A DNA stretch of 64,000 bases, taken from Callorhinchus milii (taxonomy: Eukaryota). The notes under the pieces are model-generated. The model was not told the DNA's origin. It worked only from the letters and a program-made list of their open reading frames with translations, and did not search any database. The position numbers were made by a program, and so were the translations under genes. Where the stretch lies: positions 60,762,001 to 60,826,000 of the forward strand of contig NW_024704742.1 in the NCBI RefSeq assembly GCF_018977255.1, in the 5' to 3' direction. Positions 1 to 11,575 of this stretch are shown here, in pieces (the first letter of the stretch is position 1; the number at the start of each line of letters is the position of its first letter).

Positions 1-239
1 TAGTCTGCACTGCCTCTAGGGACTAGTCAGTCACAGAAGGGCCTTATTGACAAGAACTGTAGGCAGTACTCAAGATGTGGTCTGACCATAGCACTATACA
101 GCCTAAGAATGACTGGATGTTGGGCTGTATTATTATATCAGATGAGTTTAGATGGCCATCTAAACTCAACCGATTTAATAGTATAGCCCAGCATCCTGTT
201 TGTCTTGCTTATTGCTGCTTCACAGTTTTGACACGATGC

Positions 240-720
240 GCAATGATTCAACTAACATCCCCAGATTTCTTTCAGCTTCCCTCTGGGACGGTTCTCTTTC
301 ATTAAGAAATGGTTATGTTTCCTAGTCTTGCATCCTATATGTAGTACCTTGCATTTATCTGTGTTAAATTTAATTTGCCAGTTATCAGCCCATGTGTGTA
401 CCCTATCAAGTTCTTTTTGTAGGACCTTTACTGCCTCCTCTGATTCCCAACTTGATGTCATCTGCAAATTTAACTATGTTACACTGTGATTCAAAATTAT
501 TAATGGTGAATCCTGTTATACACATCTATGAAGTCCCCTCTGAGATGTCTCAAGATTGAAAAGCTCTAGCTTGTCTATTCATTGTTTATATCTCATTTCT
601 CTAACACTGGGGATCATATTCAATGCTCTCCTCTGCATTGTTGAGGTGGCCAGAACTGTATGCAGTTGTCTAGGTGTAGCCTGACCAGAGCACTATGCAG
701 CCCAAGTATGATGTCAGGGG
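240..720 (-). mobile_element. CR1-type LINE ORF2 fragment (RT C-terminal region), decayed
   Basis: Minus-strand ORF has LQKELDRVHTWADNWQIKFNTDKCKVLHIG, a typical CR1 RT C-terminal motif; decayed CR1-like sequence continues to about 720. Confidence 0.85.
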
Positions 721-966
721 ATCTCAACTCAACTGACTTACCATCAAGTCCTGTCCCTTGATTGTGTTAAGAAAGCCAGGCTCTCAGTGTTAATAGTTGG
801 GGATGGTTATAACAATAAAAGTAAATGAGATGAAATGGGGATAACATCTGTCCAATAAGAAAGTAAGCAGAAAATGTTTATATGGGATCTTCTCAGCGAC
901 GATGAGTGCATAGCATTGTGTTGCACATTCTCTAACGGGAGAGTTGTAATTCCCCCAATAATTGTT

Positions 967-1283
967 GGAGTCCTGTAGCTCAGTGGTTGGAGCACTCGCT
1001 TTGCAAGTGAGAGACCTGAGTTCAATTCCAGGCAGGGCGAAACCTTGGGCAAGTTTCCTTACTCCACACTCCTAATGATAATCCCTCCAAAACCAAAAAC
1101 AATAATAAATTGGTCATTTTCAATCTACGACTGTTTGTGGGACATTGCTGTACGCAATTGGCTGCCGCGTTTGCCCACAAATATACAGTCAATTCACTTT
1201 ACATTGTGTTCTGTGAAGCGCTTTGGGACGTCTCCCGACGTGAAAAGCGCTATATCAAATGCAAGGATTATTATTATTATTAT
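967..1283 (+). mobile_element. tRNA-derived SINE, short form, young
   Basis: Head ggagtcctgtagctcagtggttggagcactcgctttgcaagtgagagacctgagttcaattcc has A/B boxes and resembles tRNA-Ala(TGC). It is followed by Deu-like tgtttgtgggacattgctgt...aattggctgccgcgtt, an L2-like 3' stem-loop and a (TTA)n tail. Many copies in this window. Confidence 0.92.
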
Positions 1284-1439
1284 AATTGCAAGAATTATTT
1301 TATTTAGACAAGACCTTGGAAGGACAGCCCGATGCAGCAACCCCCCCTCCCCAGCACTGCAAGGTCAAAGTCCCAGTCCTTGGTGGCACTGACTTTCATT
1401 TTCGGTAAATAATCTTTGTATTTGGTAAAGCGCATTGCA

Positions 1440-1740
1440 TGTCAAGAGGAAGTCTCAAAACGCTTCAGAGGATATACTGTAAGTGTAATGACTGTGCATT
1501 TGTAGGCAAATGAGCAACCAATTTGTGCACAAAAATGTCCCACCAACTTCCATGAAGTGAATAATAAATTTTATGTGGGGCTATTGCTGACAAGGGCACT
1601 GGAAGAAACTTACTTCTCCTTTCAAATAGTGCCATGAGATCTTTTACAGCCACCTGACTCAGCTGGAAGCATTATTGTTTCAGAGTCAGAAGGATGTAGG
1701 TTCAATTCCAAATTTAGGACTTTGAACTCACATAGTCTCT
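1440..1740 (-). mobile_element. Old DeuSINE-like element (SacSINE1/AmnSINE1-like body), decayed
   Basis: Minus strand reads gtaaaagatctcatggcactatttgaaaggaga...gtgggacatttttgtgcacaaattggttgc, as in Deu-domain SINEs recalled from established consensus sequences. Confidence 0.65.
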
Positions 1741-2393
1741 GCCACTGTCAAGGGCTCTGGGATGCTACACTGCATGAAGGGCCCTATACAAATGCATTTT
1801 GTGGTTGTTGTTGTTGACACTCTATTCTAGTGCTGCCTTTTTGCGTTGAAAGGCACAATATCAAATGCAATCATTATTTTATTAAGACAGGATCTTGGAA
1901 GGATAGCATAATGCAGCATAGTCCCAGCACTGCAAGGTAAAACTCCCAAAGGGCACTATATAAATGCAAGTTGTAATTTTTGTACAGTAAGGAGTTTGCT
2001 TTCATCAGGCTGAAGAGGCATTATTCATCAACCTTGTAAGGGGAAAACCTTGAGTGCCTCCTTTTGGGATTTGAACCCAGAATCTTCCAAGGCCAGTGCT
2101 CAGCTGTGATCTCCTCAGCATGTGATAAATCTGTAAATCTCCTGATAGTGACATTGTAACATGTAGGATGCTTAAAGCTCCTTATCAGCATGGTGACTGC
2201 ATTGGTGTCCAATCTGTGAGACCTTGATACAATCAAGATTGGAATATTTCTTGGTACACAAGGATAAATATCCCTTTGAAGGCCAGGACGTATTTCTGAG
2301 TAACAATTTATGGAAGCTAGGCCAGTGGAACAAAGAAAGCAGGTTTCATTCCTGTAAAAATACAATAAAGGTATACAGTTTATCTGATTATGG

Positions 2394-2738
2394 AATAATA
2401 ATAATAATAATGATAATAATAATAATAATAATAATAATCCTTGCATTTGATATAGCGCTTTCCACGTCTTCTAGACGTCTCAAAGCACTTCACAGAATAT
2501 ACTGTAAAGTGCATTGATTGTATATTTGTGGGCGAAACACGGCAGCCAATTGCGCACAGCAGTGTCCCACAAACAGTCGTGGATTGAAGATGACCAACTT
2601 ATTATTGTTTTGTTTTGGAGGGATTATTATTAGGCGTGTGGAGTAAGGAAACTTGCCCAAGGTTTCGCACTGCCTGGAATTGAACTCAGGTCTCTCACTT
2701 GCAAAGCGAGTGCTCTAACCACTGAGCTACAGGATTCC
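2394..2738 (-). mobile_element. tRNA-derived SINE, short form
   Basis: Full-length reverse-complement copy of the 967-1283 family, with a long (TAA)n tail at 2394-2438. Confidence 0.92.
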
Positions 2739-2910
2739 ACAGAATGATAGAATCATAGAATGTTGCGGAACAGAAACTGGCCTTTCGACGCATAAGAAGT
2801 CGGCGCTGTTATTATTTGTGCCACTTAATCTAATTTAATGCAGTATAACTGTAACAAGCTTCCAATGAATATGAGACAAATTATTGGCCAGCACAGCACC
2901 AGATTTTGAG

Positions 2911-3780
2911 CAACAACAACAACAAGATTCCATTTATAGAGCGCCTTTCACGTCAGGAGGACGTCCCAAGGCACTGGACAGTTGGGTCAGGACCCGAGCA
3001 GGGGGGAAATGGTCAGGGTGAGGGGAGGGAAGGGAGGGAGCGAGGAGGGGGGAAATGGTCAGGGTGAGGGGAGGGAAGGGAGGGAGCGAGGAGGGGGTAG
3101 AGAGTCGAGAGGGGAGCTGAAGGTACGGTCAAAGAGAAAGGTCTTGAGACCGGCCTTGAAGGAGGAAAGGGAGGAAGCGGCAAAGGCACTGGGGATAGAG
3201 TTCCAGAGCCTCGGGGCTGAGAGGCTGAAGGCCCGACCAACGATGGTAGGGCGGTTGGGGCGGGGGATGTGGAGCAGCCCGGAGCCAGAGGAACGGAGGG
3301 TACGGGCAGGTAGGTAGGGGGATAGTAGGTCGGAGAGGTAGGAGGGAGCGAGGCCGTGAATGGCCTTGTAGGTGAGGATGAGGATCTTGAAATCGATCCT
3401 CTGGGGGATGGGGAGCCAGTGGAGGCGAGCGAGGGTGGGAGTGGTGTGGTCCCGAAGTCTGGTGCGGGACAGTACACGAGCTGCAGAGTTCTGAATGACC
3501 TGCAGTGTGGAGGGAGGTGCCGGGAAGGCCGGCAAGGAGAGAGTTCCCATAGTCCAGCCTTGAGGTGATAAAGGCGTGGACCAGTGTTTCAGCCGCGTGA
3601 GGGGTGAGGTAGTGCCGTAGTCTGGCGATGTTTCGGAGGTGATGGAAGGCGGTGCCAGTTGTGGTGCGGATATGAGGAAGAAAGGACAGCTCAGGGTCGA
3701 ACAGAACACCGAGGTTCCTGACCGGCTTTGAGAGGTGGAGAGTGCAGCCTTGGATGCTGATGCTGTCAGCGCAGATGGGT
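2911..3780 (-). mobile_element. L2-clade LINE, 5'-truncated young copy with 3' UTR and (TTG)n tail
   Basis: Minus-strand ORF ...LQVIQNSAARVLSRTRLRDHTTPTLARLHWLPIPQRIDFKILILTYKAIHGLAPSYLSDLL...RAFSLSAPRLWNSIP...FKAGLKTFLF is the classic L2 ORF2 C-terminus. CpGs are retained. Confidence 0.95.
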
Positions 3781-4994
3781 TACTGTTCTGAATACCTGCA
3801 AAATAAACAACTAAATGCTAATGAGCTACAGTAGTTTGGCTGTAGGACTTTAGTTGTTTTTGTGTGTAAGTGATTCCTTACCCAGAAGAGTAAGGAATCA
3901 CTTCCGCACAAAAATATATGGTATATAGAGCACTAAGTGGTGTATTAAAACCAACAATTGCTATGGAACTGCCATGGCGATGGTACCACTCTCTGTAAAA
4001 CAACATCAGCAATATACATTTATATAGCCCCTTTCAAATCGGAGTCCAAGTTGTGCGCGGAGGGTTGGGGCAGTGACTGAAAGCACAGTCAATAAAAAGG
4101 GCTTAGGGCGTGCTTTAAAGGTGCAGAGGGAGATGATGAGGTGGAGAGACTCCAGGATGGAGTTCCAGAGGAAAAGTGTTTAATTAAGGAATATAGAAAT
4201 GTGTTTTCGCCAACAATCCCCAGATAAAATTGATCATCATTTCCTAGCTGATTGTTGTTTACAAATTGACTGTCACGTTTAACAAAAATACAGTTGCTAC
4301 ACTTTACAGTAAAATCCTATCAAACACTTTGAGAAGTCTTAACAATGTAATAAAGTGGAATATCAACTGCAGTATATCAAGTGCAAGGATTATGAGATGT
4401 AGGAAATGAATCTTTCATCTGTGATCAATAAGGCAGGTATTCTTGAAAGATGAGATTAGATGGGCTGAAGGGTCTTCATCCAAACAAGTTTTGCGATCTT
4501 GCAAAGTGCGCTATATAAATGCAAATAAATGTGGATGAATGTCTTCTCTCTTCTACCTTCATAGCTACCCCATAAGAATTTTTTTCACATGTGTAATAGA
4601 ATTTAGGTCAGAAGCCAACTTTTAGGCGTCTTCCAGCACGGATCTAGTCTGTGATTATCGCATTGTCTGGTTTTACAAGATTTGCAATGACTCAATCAAA
4701 TATTACAGAATTTTTCCAATTGACAAGATCATAAGGGTGGTAGGGATGACGTATGCCCTTGGCCCATTTTATTATATGCTTGCAGAATACAAAGCTTACT
4801 GCTTTCCTATTACAACACCAACTTGTTTTCTACAGCTGTCAAGAAATATTTGACAGATTAGAGTTTAGAGATGAGGTATTTGAGGGGTGATCTAATAGAG
4901 CTGTTTACAAATATGAATTGATCCGATAAATTGGTTGTTACACTTGTTGGTGAGGCCAAAATCTAAGACAGACAGTACCAAGTCTTCCAGGAAC

Positions 4995-5570
4995 CCTTGT
5001 ATATGCGTCTGTCGCCTCGTGCCTGGATTACTCAAACACACTTCTCGCCGATCTCTCCAGCTCCACTATTCAAAAAATCCAGCTCATTCAGAACTCTGCT
5101 GCCCGCATACTAACCCGGACCAAACTCCCTACCCACATCTCACCAGTTCTGCCCAGGGTCCATTAGCTCCCCATCACCAAACAGATCGACTTCAAGATCC
5201 TCATACTCGTGTTCAAATGCCTTCACTCCCTGGCACCTCCCTACCTCTCTGACATCCTCACTCCCCAATCCACCACTCAGCACCCCTGCTTGACTGGCAC
5301 GTGCTTCCTGCTTGTCCCTTGCACCCTGTGCCCCACCAATGTAGGTCGTGCTTTCAGCCACTGTGTTTTGAAACTCTAAAACACACCCTCAATCCCTCCG
5401 CCTTGCCCCCTCTCTCCCCTTTTTCAAATCCCACCAGAAAACCTTGATTTTTCGACCAGGCTTACAGTCACCTCTTTACCCCACCGGCTCAGAGTCAGGT
5501 TCCGAAACTGTTAAGTGCTCTCAGATTCTACCCTAGATGGAGGGCGCTATATAAGTGCAAATTGTTGTTA
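4995..5570 (+). mobile_element. L2 LINE 3' fragment, decayed
   Basis: IQLIQNSAARILTRT...IDFKILILVFKCLHSLAP-like remnant ending in gggcgctatataagtgcaaattgttgtt. Confidence 0.85.
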
Positions 5571-5639
5571 TGCAGTGGTCAGTAAGCACCAATATAGTTA
5601 AGAGAAAAAAGAGGGAATACAAGAGTATAGGAGCTTTAC

Positions 5640-7167
5640 CACCACTCCTCTTTCAAGACCAAACTGCTTTCTTCTCACAAGTCATTCTCGAGGCCAAAAG
5701 CAACCCATGATTATGCTCTCCACTGCCCACCACCTCCTCCACACCCCCTCTCAAGCACCCACAAATATCATTTCTGATGCCAAATGTGGAAAGGTCCTGG
5801 ACTTCTTTATCTCTAAGATAGATAACATCCTCATGGCTGATTTGATATCCGTTATATCACATGCAAGGATTATTGTTATTATAAACTTCATACCTACCTC
5901 AAACCTGTTCTTCCTTTGAGATATCTCAAACTTGTGATAAGGCGCTATATCAAATGCAAGGATTCCTAGCCAAAGTTTTGGAATACGTCATTGCAAATCA
6001 ACTTCGCTCACACCTCTCCTTCCACTCCCCACTCGAACACCTCCAGTACGGTTTTCATCCTGCCCGTGGCACAGAGAAAGCACTCATCAAAGTAACAAAT
6101 GACTTCCTCTCTCTATGACCAGAGCTCCCTCTGTCTCCTTGTTTTCCTGGACCTCTCTGCCACGTTTGTCACAGTTGATCACGCCACCCTCCTCCATCGC
6201 TTCTCTTCCTTCATCCACCTTAGTGAGATCGCACTTGCATGGTGCGAATTCTATTTAACCAACCACCAACAATACATTTCGGCAAATGGTTTTTCCATCA
6301 GTGGGGTATCCCAAGGCTCTATTGTCATCTGTTCAACTTCTATATGTATGCGGATGACACCCAAATCTATTTTGCCTTCTCCAACTGCGACTCCCAGTCC
6401 ACTGATGTTCTGTTAGCTTGTTTGATGGTCATCAAGGCCTAGATGAGTGCAAATTTCCTGCAGCTGAATGTTGGCAAGACAGAAGCCATACTCTTTGGCT
6501 CCCATCATCGTCTTCTCTCCTGCAGGTCTGAACTCCTCAAACTTCCTGGGCTCTCCCTCAGACTCACCGAACCCGTGCGCAAGTTGGGCATCAGATTTGA
6601 TCCCCAGCTTTCCTTTCTACTCCAAATTTATTCCCAGTTTAGGACTGCTTTTTCCACCTCTGTCACATTACCCGCCTCCCTCTGTACCTCACAACCAATG
6701 CTGGAAGGTCTTTAGGTGGGATTTGAAGGTGGGGAAGGAGGGTCAAGGCAGAGGGATTGAGGGAGAGAGCTCCAGAGTTTTGGGGTATAGTGGCTGAAGG
6801 CATGACCACCGTGGAGGGGACGAGGCACAAACAGGAGACCGGAGCCGGCCGAGTGGAGGCAGCAGGTGGTGGAGCAGCAGATAAGTAGGAGGTGTGAGGG
6901 TATGAAGGGATTTGAAAACGAGTCAGAAGATCTTGAAATCAATCTGTTCTGTAATTGGGAGCCAGTGGGAGCCTGGCAAGGACTGGTGTGATGGGGGTAC
7001 GGAGTTTTGCGCGGGTAACTAAAGACTTTCCTTTTTGATCATGCTTACAGTCACCTCCCCACTCCTTCTTCCCCTGGCTCGGTGTCAGATTCCGCCATTG
7101 TCAAACACTCTGGGACACTACCCCACTTGAAGGGTGCTATATGAATGCAAGTTGCTGTTGTTGTTAT
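5640..7167 (+). mobile_element. L2 LINE ORF2 remnant (RT domain to 3' tail) with an internal inverted segment at about 6703-7018
   Basis: LVFLDLSATFVTVDH, YADDTQIY and NFLQLNVGKTEAILFG motifs lie on + in several frames. 6703-7018 is L2 3' coding sequence on the minus strand. The + strand resumes at 7019 and runs to a (TTG)n tail. Confidence 0.88.
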
Positions 7168-7899
7168 ATTATGAGGATGTGCAGGTTCATGTGAATATAA
7201 ATGCCGGCAAGCACTGGTTTTCATTCTGTAACTGCAATGTTATTGTTCTTACAATGTAATTGTATTGAAGCATTAACCTCATATAACCTGGTGTTTGTCC
7301 TAACGTTGCACTTGATAATCCTAAACCTGTACCCTCTTGTCCTGATGTTTAGTTGTGTTGGAAAGTATTGTTATTGAATTCAATGTCTCTAATATATTAA
7401 GCAAATTTTATGGAGTGAATCATTCAATAACTGATTCAATGTAAAAATTATCTCATTGAATCATCTGTTTTGAAATTCAGCAAAATCGTGGTTGCCCCAA
7501 AAATAACTGTGCGGATTTGAAAATCTGGTTTCATCCAAATAAACAGAATGTTACACCCTTTCCATATGATATTTAAAAAGAATATTTAAATATCATAGCT
7601 TTTTCCTTGGGAAGTTTGAGTGCTAAACAGTTCAGTAATTCAGTACGCTACAATATAGTCTCCCAAATATTGCTGTAATTTAATGTTAAGTTTGTGTTCC
7701 ACTATATTGTTTTTCAGTGAACAATTACAGTAGCATTATTGAGTATAGGCTAAATGGATATATGCGACATTAAAGCATCCTTATGTTTTCTTGGAATTGG
7801 ACTGTATCCTGATAATAACTGTAGCAGAGGGAGCCAAGGAAACCTTAAATATTCCAGCAGTTATTCCATCACACGCTGGAATAGCTGCTGTCACATGCT

Positions 7900-8122
7900 G
7901 GCCTTGGGGTACGCCACAGGTGAAAAAACCATTTGCCGAAATGTATTGTTGGTGGCTGGTTAAATAGGATTTGAACCATGTGAGTGGATCCCACTAAGGT
8001 GGATGAGGGAGGAGAGGCGGTGGAGGAAGGTGGCATGTTCGACTGTGACAAACGCGGCGGAGAGGTTCAGGAAAACAAGGAGGCAGAGGGAGCCCTGGTC
8101 ACAGAGAGAGAGGAAGTCATTT
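7900..8122 (-). mobile_element. L2 LINE RT fragment
   Basis: Reverse complement aligns by eye to 6090-6320 (shared ccaccaacaatacatttcggcaaatggttttt). Confidence 0.85.
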
Positions 8123-8222
8123 GTTGTGGTACATGTCAGTCAGCCCCAGTCATAATGTGGATAATGTTGGAGATCACTGAATGAATTTCTATCTCTTTTG
8201 TTGTCAGGTTACAATATAATTT

Positions 8223-8612
8223 GGAGTCCTGTAGCTTAGTGGTTAGAGCACTTGCCTCGCAAGTGAGAGGACCTCGCTTTGATTCCCAGGCAGGGCAAAA
8301 TGTTAGGCAAGTTTCCTTACACCACACGCCTCTGTTTACCTAGCAGTAAGTAGAAACCCAGTTGTTAGTTAATTGGCGGATTGCTTTTCCAGGGATAATA
8401 ATCCCTTCCAAAAAGTAAATTGAATAAAAAAAATAACTTGGTCACTCAATCCACGACTGTTTGTGGGACACTGCTGTACGCAATTGACTGCCGTGATTCA
8501 TCCACAAAATATACAGTCAATTCACTTTATAGTATATTCTGCGAAGTGCTTTGAGATGTCTCTAAGACCTGATAAGGTGCTATATCAAATACAAGGATTA
8601 TTATTATTATTA
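8223..8612 (+). mobile_element. tRNA-derived SINE, long form
   Basis: Same head and tail as the short form, plus an extra internal block gcctctgtttacctagcagtaagtagaaacccagttgttagttaattggcggattgcttttccaggg. Confidence 0.9.
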
Positions 8613-9514
8613 CTGTGTACAGTGAATGAATAGTGAGTACAAGTGAATGAATTTCTACCTATGCTGTAAGCGAGCTGAGCACAATATACATGCTGTCTAA
8701 ATGCTGTTGGAGTTCCTTCTTTGTTTCCATTGATTGTGAAAGTATGAGACCCAACAAAAGATTCCTGAATAACTCTCATATTGTTTGTAATGATTTCTGA
8801 AAGTACTCGGAGCTGAGATTTTGATGCGGCAACTAATTATGCTGAGGGTGTATTACTATTGATTCTAGTATATCAACCAGGCAGCAAGCACACTGGATCA
8901 GCTGTGCAGAATAGAGCTTTAGCTAAAATACTGATTCCACTTATTTAACTGGCAGCCCAGGTTCCCTACAGTCCAAAAACAGCCATATGTTATTAATCGA
9001 GTTGAAGTCAATAAGTGTAGCATTGCCAGTAAGACTATGTTCAGTGCCAGCACATAAGAATCACTGAAAAATGTTTGCTTTCATCATGCAGTATTTTAGT
9101 GATTTCCATGTGTTTAAAGGCGTATTTTAGGAGAACCCTTCCATTTATCAATGCCATTTTGTAGTCCAGAGGATTTTAAGAGCACCCATTCCAATATAAG
9201 TTAATTAATGCCTCATTTGATATTTGACCTTTCTGGGGTCAATATTGTGATATCCCTAAACCTATTCTATTCCTGAATTACCAACAGAAGATAATTGAGG
9301 AATACTTTGTCAATTGGGACCTGTTGAAGGAATCACAGTAGTAGTTAGTATAAAGTTGCACAGTCAGTGTGGTTAGTATAAAGCGCTCAGCTCAAAATCT
9401 AACAAAGGGTTAATTCTGATTCTAAATGTTAGATTCTTGATGTTAATCTCCGATTCTATGGTCAAGGGTCCAATTGGAAAGGATCATGGACAAGAACCAT
9501 CTTTAATGCCTTTA

Positions 9515-10262
9515 AAGATGCCAGGTTGAACTCCTTACCCCTCCCCGCCTCAGACTCACCGAATCTGTTCATAACCTTGGTGTCAGGTTCAATTCCTAAA
9601 TATCCATCCTAACCCACATCCAGACCAGGACTACCTTCTTCCACCTACCCCATAACTTCTGCCTTTGTCTACACCTTACTTCAAACACTGCTATAACCCT
9701 AATTCGTACTTTCGTCACCTTCCACCTTGATTTTTCCAATGATGTTTCCTCACCTGTCTCCCCAGCTCCACTATAAACAAGGCCCCAAATGATACAAACC
9801 TCTGCCGCCCGTATCCTCGCCCGTACCAGGCTCTGCATCTCCATCATTCCATTTCTTGCCAGGGTCCACTCTGTTGCAGAACAGATTGATTTCCAGATAC
9901 TCACTCAATTTTCAAGTCATTTCATGCCCTGGCACCTCCCTACATCTCCGATCTGCTCACACCCCACTTCACTACCCACTGCCTTCACTCAACTGGCTCA
10001 GATTTTCTCCACATCCCTCATCCCCTCCGCTCCACGAATGGAGCCATGCTTTTAGCCACTATGCCCTGAATCTATGGAACTCCCTGACTCAATCCTTTTC
10101 CCTTACCCCCTCCTCACATCATCCCTGAATACTTTCCTCTTCTACTGTTCCTTTAATCACCTTCCCTCTTTCCAGCTTGGTGTCAAACCCACCACTGTTA
10201 AGTGCTATGAGACACGACTTGTACGAAGAGCACTATATAAATACAAGTTGTTGCTGTTGTTA
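9515..10262 (+). mobile_element. L2 LINE 3' fragment, decayed
   Basis: IQTSAARILARTRL...QIDFQIL...AFSHYALNLWNSL remnants; ends in tatataaatacaagttgttgctgttg. Confidence 0.85.
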
Positions 10263-10778
10263 TAATGAATGCACTGAGACGCTATCCTGTGTTGAAGGGT
10301 GCTATATAAAGCAAATTGTTGTTTTTGTTGTTATGACAGCTTTGGGAAAGAACAGCTACCTCCCACCCCCAGACCTTGGGATAATAGTTTCACCTACAGT
10401 TTGTCCAGAGTAAAGACTGTCAATAGCTTTCATTTTGTTTTTCATTTTTTAAATGGCAGCACAATTTCAAATCACAACTGGTCGAGCTGTTTTAAACATT
10501 TACTTTTGAAATGATTTTTAGGCCAGCATTGGAAAAGCAAAGAAGCACAACAATCTCTGCTCTCAAAGACTCAATATAAAGACTTACTGATCTTATCCAA
10601 AACTAACTGACTGAATGTGGGCTGCAGCTCAGCGGTGGTCCACCTCAAGATTATTCACATTTCCTGGCATTCATATTATTTTTAAAACCCTTTATGCTGC
10701 TCTTTAATAAGTTAAATGAGAAGAAGTTATTTCCACTTGTCAGTGAATCAGTAAATGGAGGGCATTAAGTTAAGATCA

Positions 10779-11148
10779 TAATAATAATCCTTGCATTTGA
10801 TATCGCACCTTATCACATCTTTGAGACGTCTCAAAGTGCGTCACAGAATATACCATGAAGTAAATCTATTGTATATTTTGTGGGCGAAATGCAGCAGCCA
10901 ATTGTGCACAGCAGTGTTCCACAAACAGTTGTGGATTGAATAACCAATTTATTATTTTTTTTTGGAAGGAATTATTACCCCTGGAAAAGAGATCCACCAA
11001 TCCACTAACAACCGGGTTCCTACTTACTGTTAGGTAAGCAGAGGCGTGTGGAGTCAGGAAACTTGCCCAACATTTCACCCTGCAGGGAATCCAACCCAGG
11101 TCTCTCGCTTCCGAGGCGAGTGCTCTAACCACTGAGCTACGGGACTCC
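10779..11148 (-). mobile_element. tRNA-derived SINE, long form
   Basis: Full-length reverse-complement copy including the long-form internal block. Confidence 0.9.
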
Positions 11149-11329
11149 ATAATATAATGAATTGACTGTATATTTTGTGGGCATCCATGTAAATGGGAGA
11201 CCGTAGGTTAGTGGAGGGGGTGCAGATGGGTGGAAGTGGGGGAACTTTGTGGGGGTGGGCTCCATCATCCAGAACGTTCCAGAACCCCTTCCAGGAGTGA
11301 ACCCCATTCCAGATTCATCACCAAAAAAA

Positions 11330-11575
11330 GGAAAGCGAGAGAGTTTCAGAGATTTTTTTTCGGAGTCGTTAATGGAAGAGCCTGATAAAACCACGGTTCA
11401 CGCAGACTCTGTAATAGCCTTTAAAAGGAATTGGACAAATATTTGAAAAATAAAATTATGAAATGTGTAGGAGAGTGAGATTGATGGATTGCTCTTTCAG
11501 AGAGACACTGCAGGCACTGAGGACTGTGTGATCTCCTTCTATCCTGTAAAAATTCCATGATTCTGTGATTCTATT
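11330..11575 (+). mobile_element. CR1 3' end remnant
   Basis: VHADSVIAFKR(E)LDKYL-like coding remnant followed by a decayed (ATTCTATG)-like tail attccatgattctgtgattctat. Confidence 0.7.

Noticed and set aside
967..1040. tRNA-Ala(TGC) gene (and similar heads elsewhere)
   Set aside because: There is no closed acceptor stem, and it is always fused to the SINE body and tail, so these are SINE heads.
1045..1392. Recurrent ORF family MGKFPYST...RNWLPR...KCKDYYYY (also 15542, 29884, 36293)
   Set aside because: These are chance translations of SINE copies; the poly-I and poly-Y runs come from the (TTA)n tail.
2021..2446. ORF with apparent signal peptide [18 protein letters not shown]
   Set aside because: The Leu run is the SINE (TTA)n tail, and the rest has no recognisable domain.
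3059..3709. 216-aa ORF, the longest in the track
   Set aside because: It is the C-terminus of L2 ORF2 in a truncated copy, not a host gene or an autonomous element.
11185..11446. ORF GVGSIIQNVPEPLPGVNPIPDSSPKKGK...
   Set aside because: Its 3' half is a CR1 remnant, and the 5' half has no recognisable homology or convincing splice sites.
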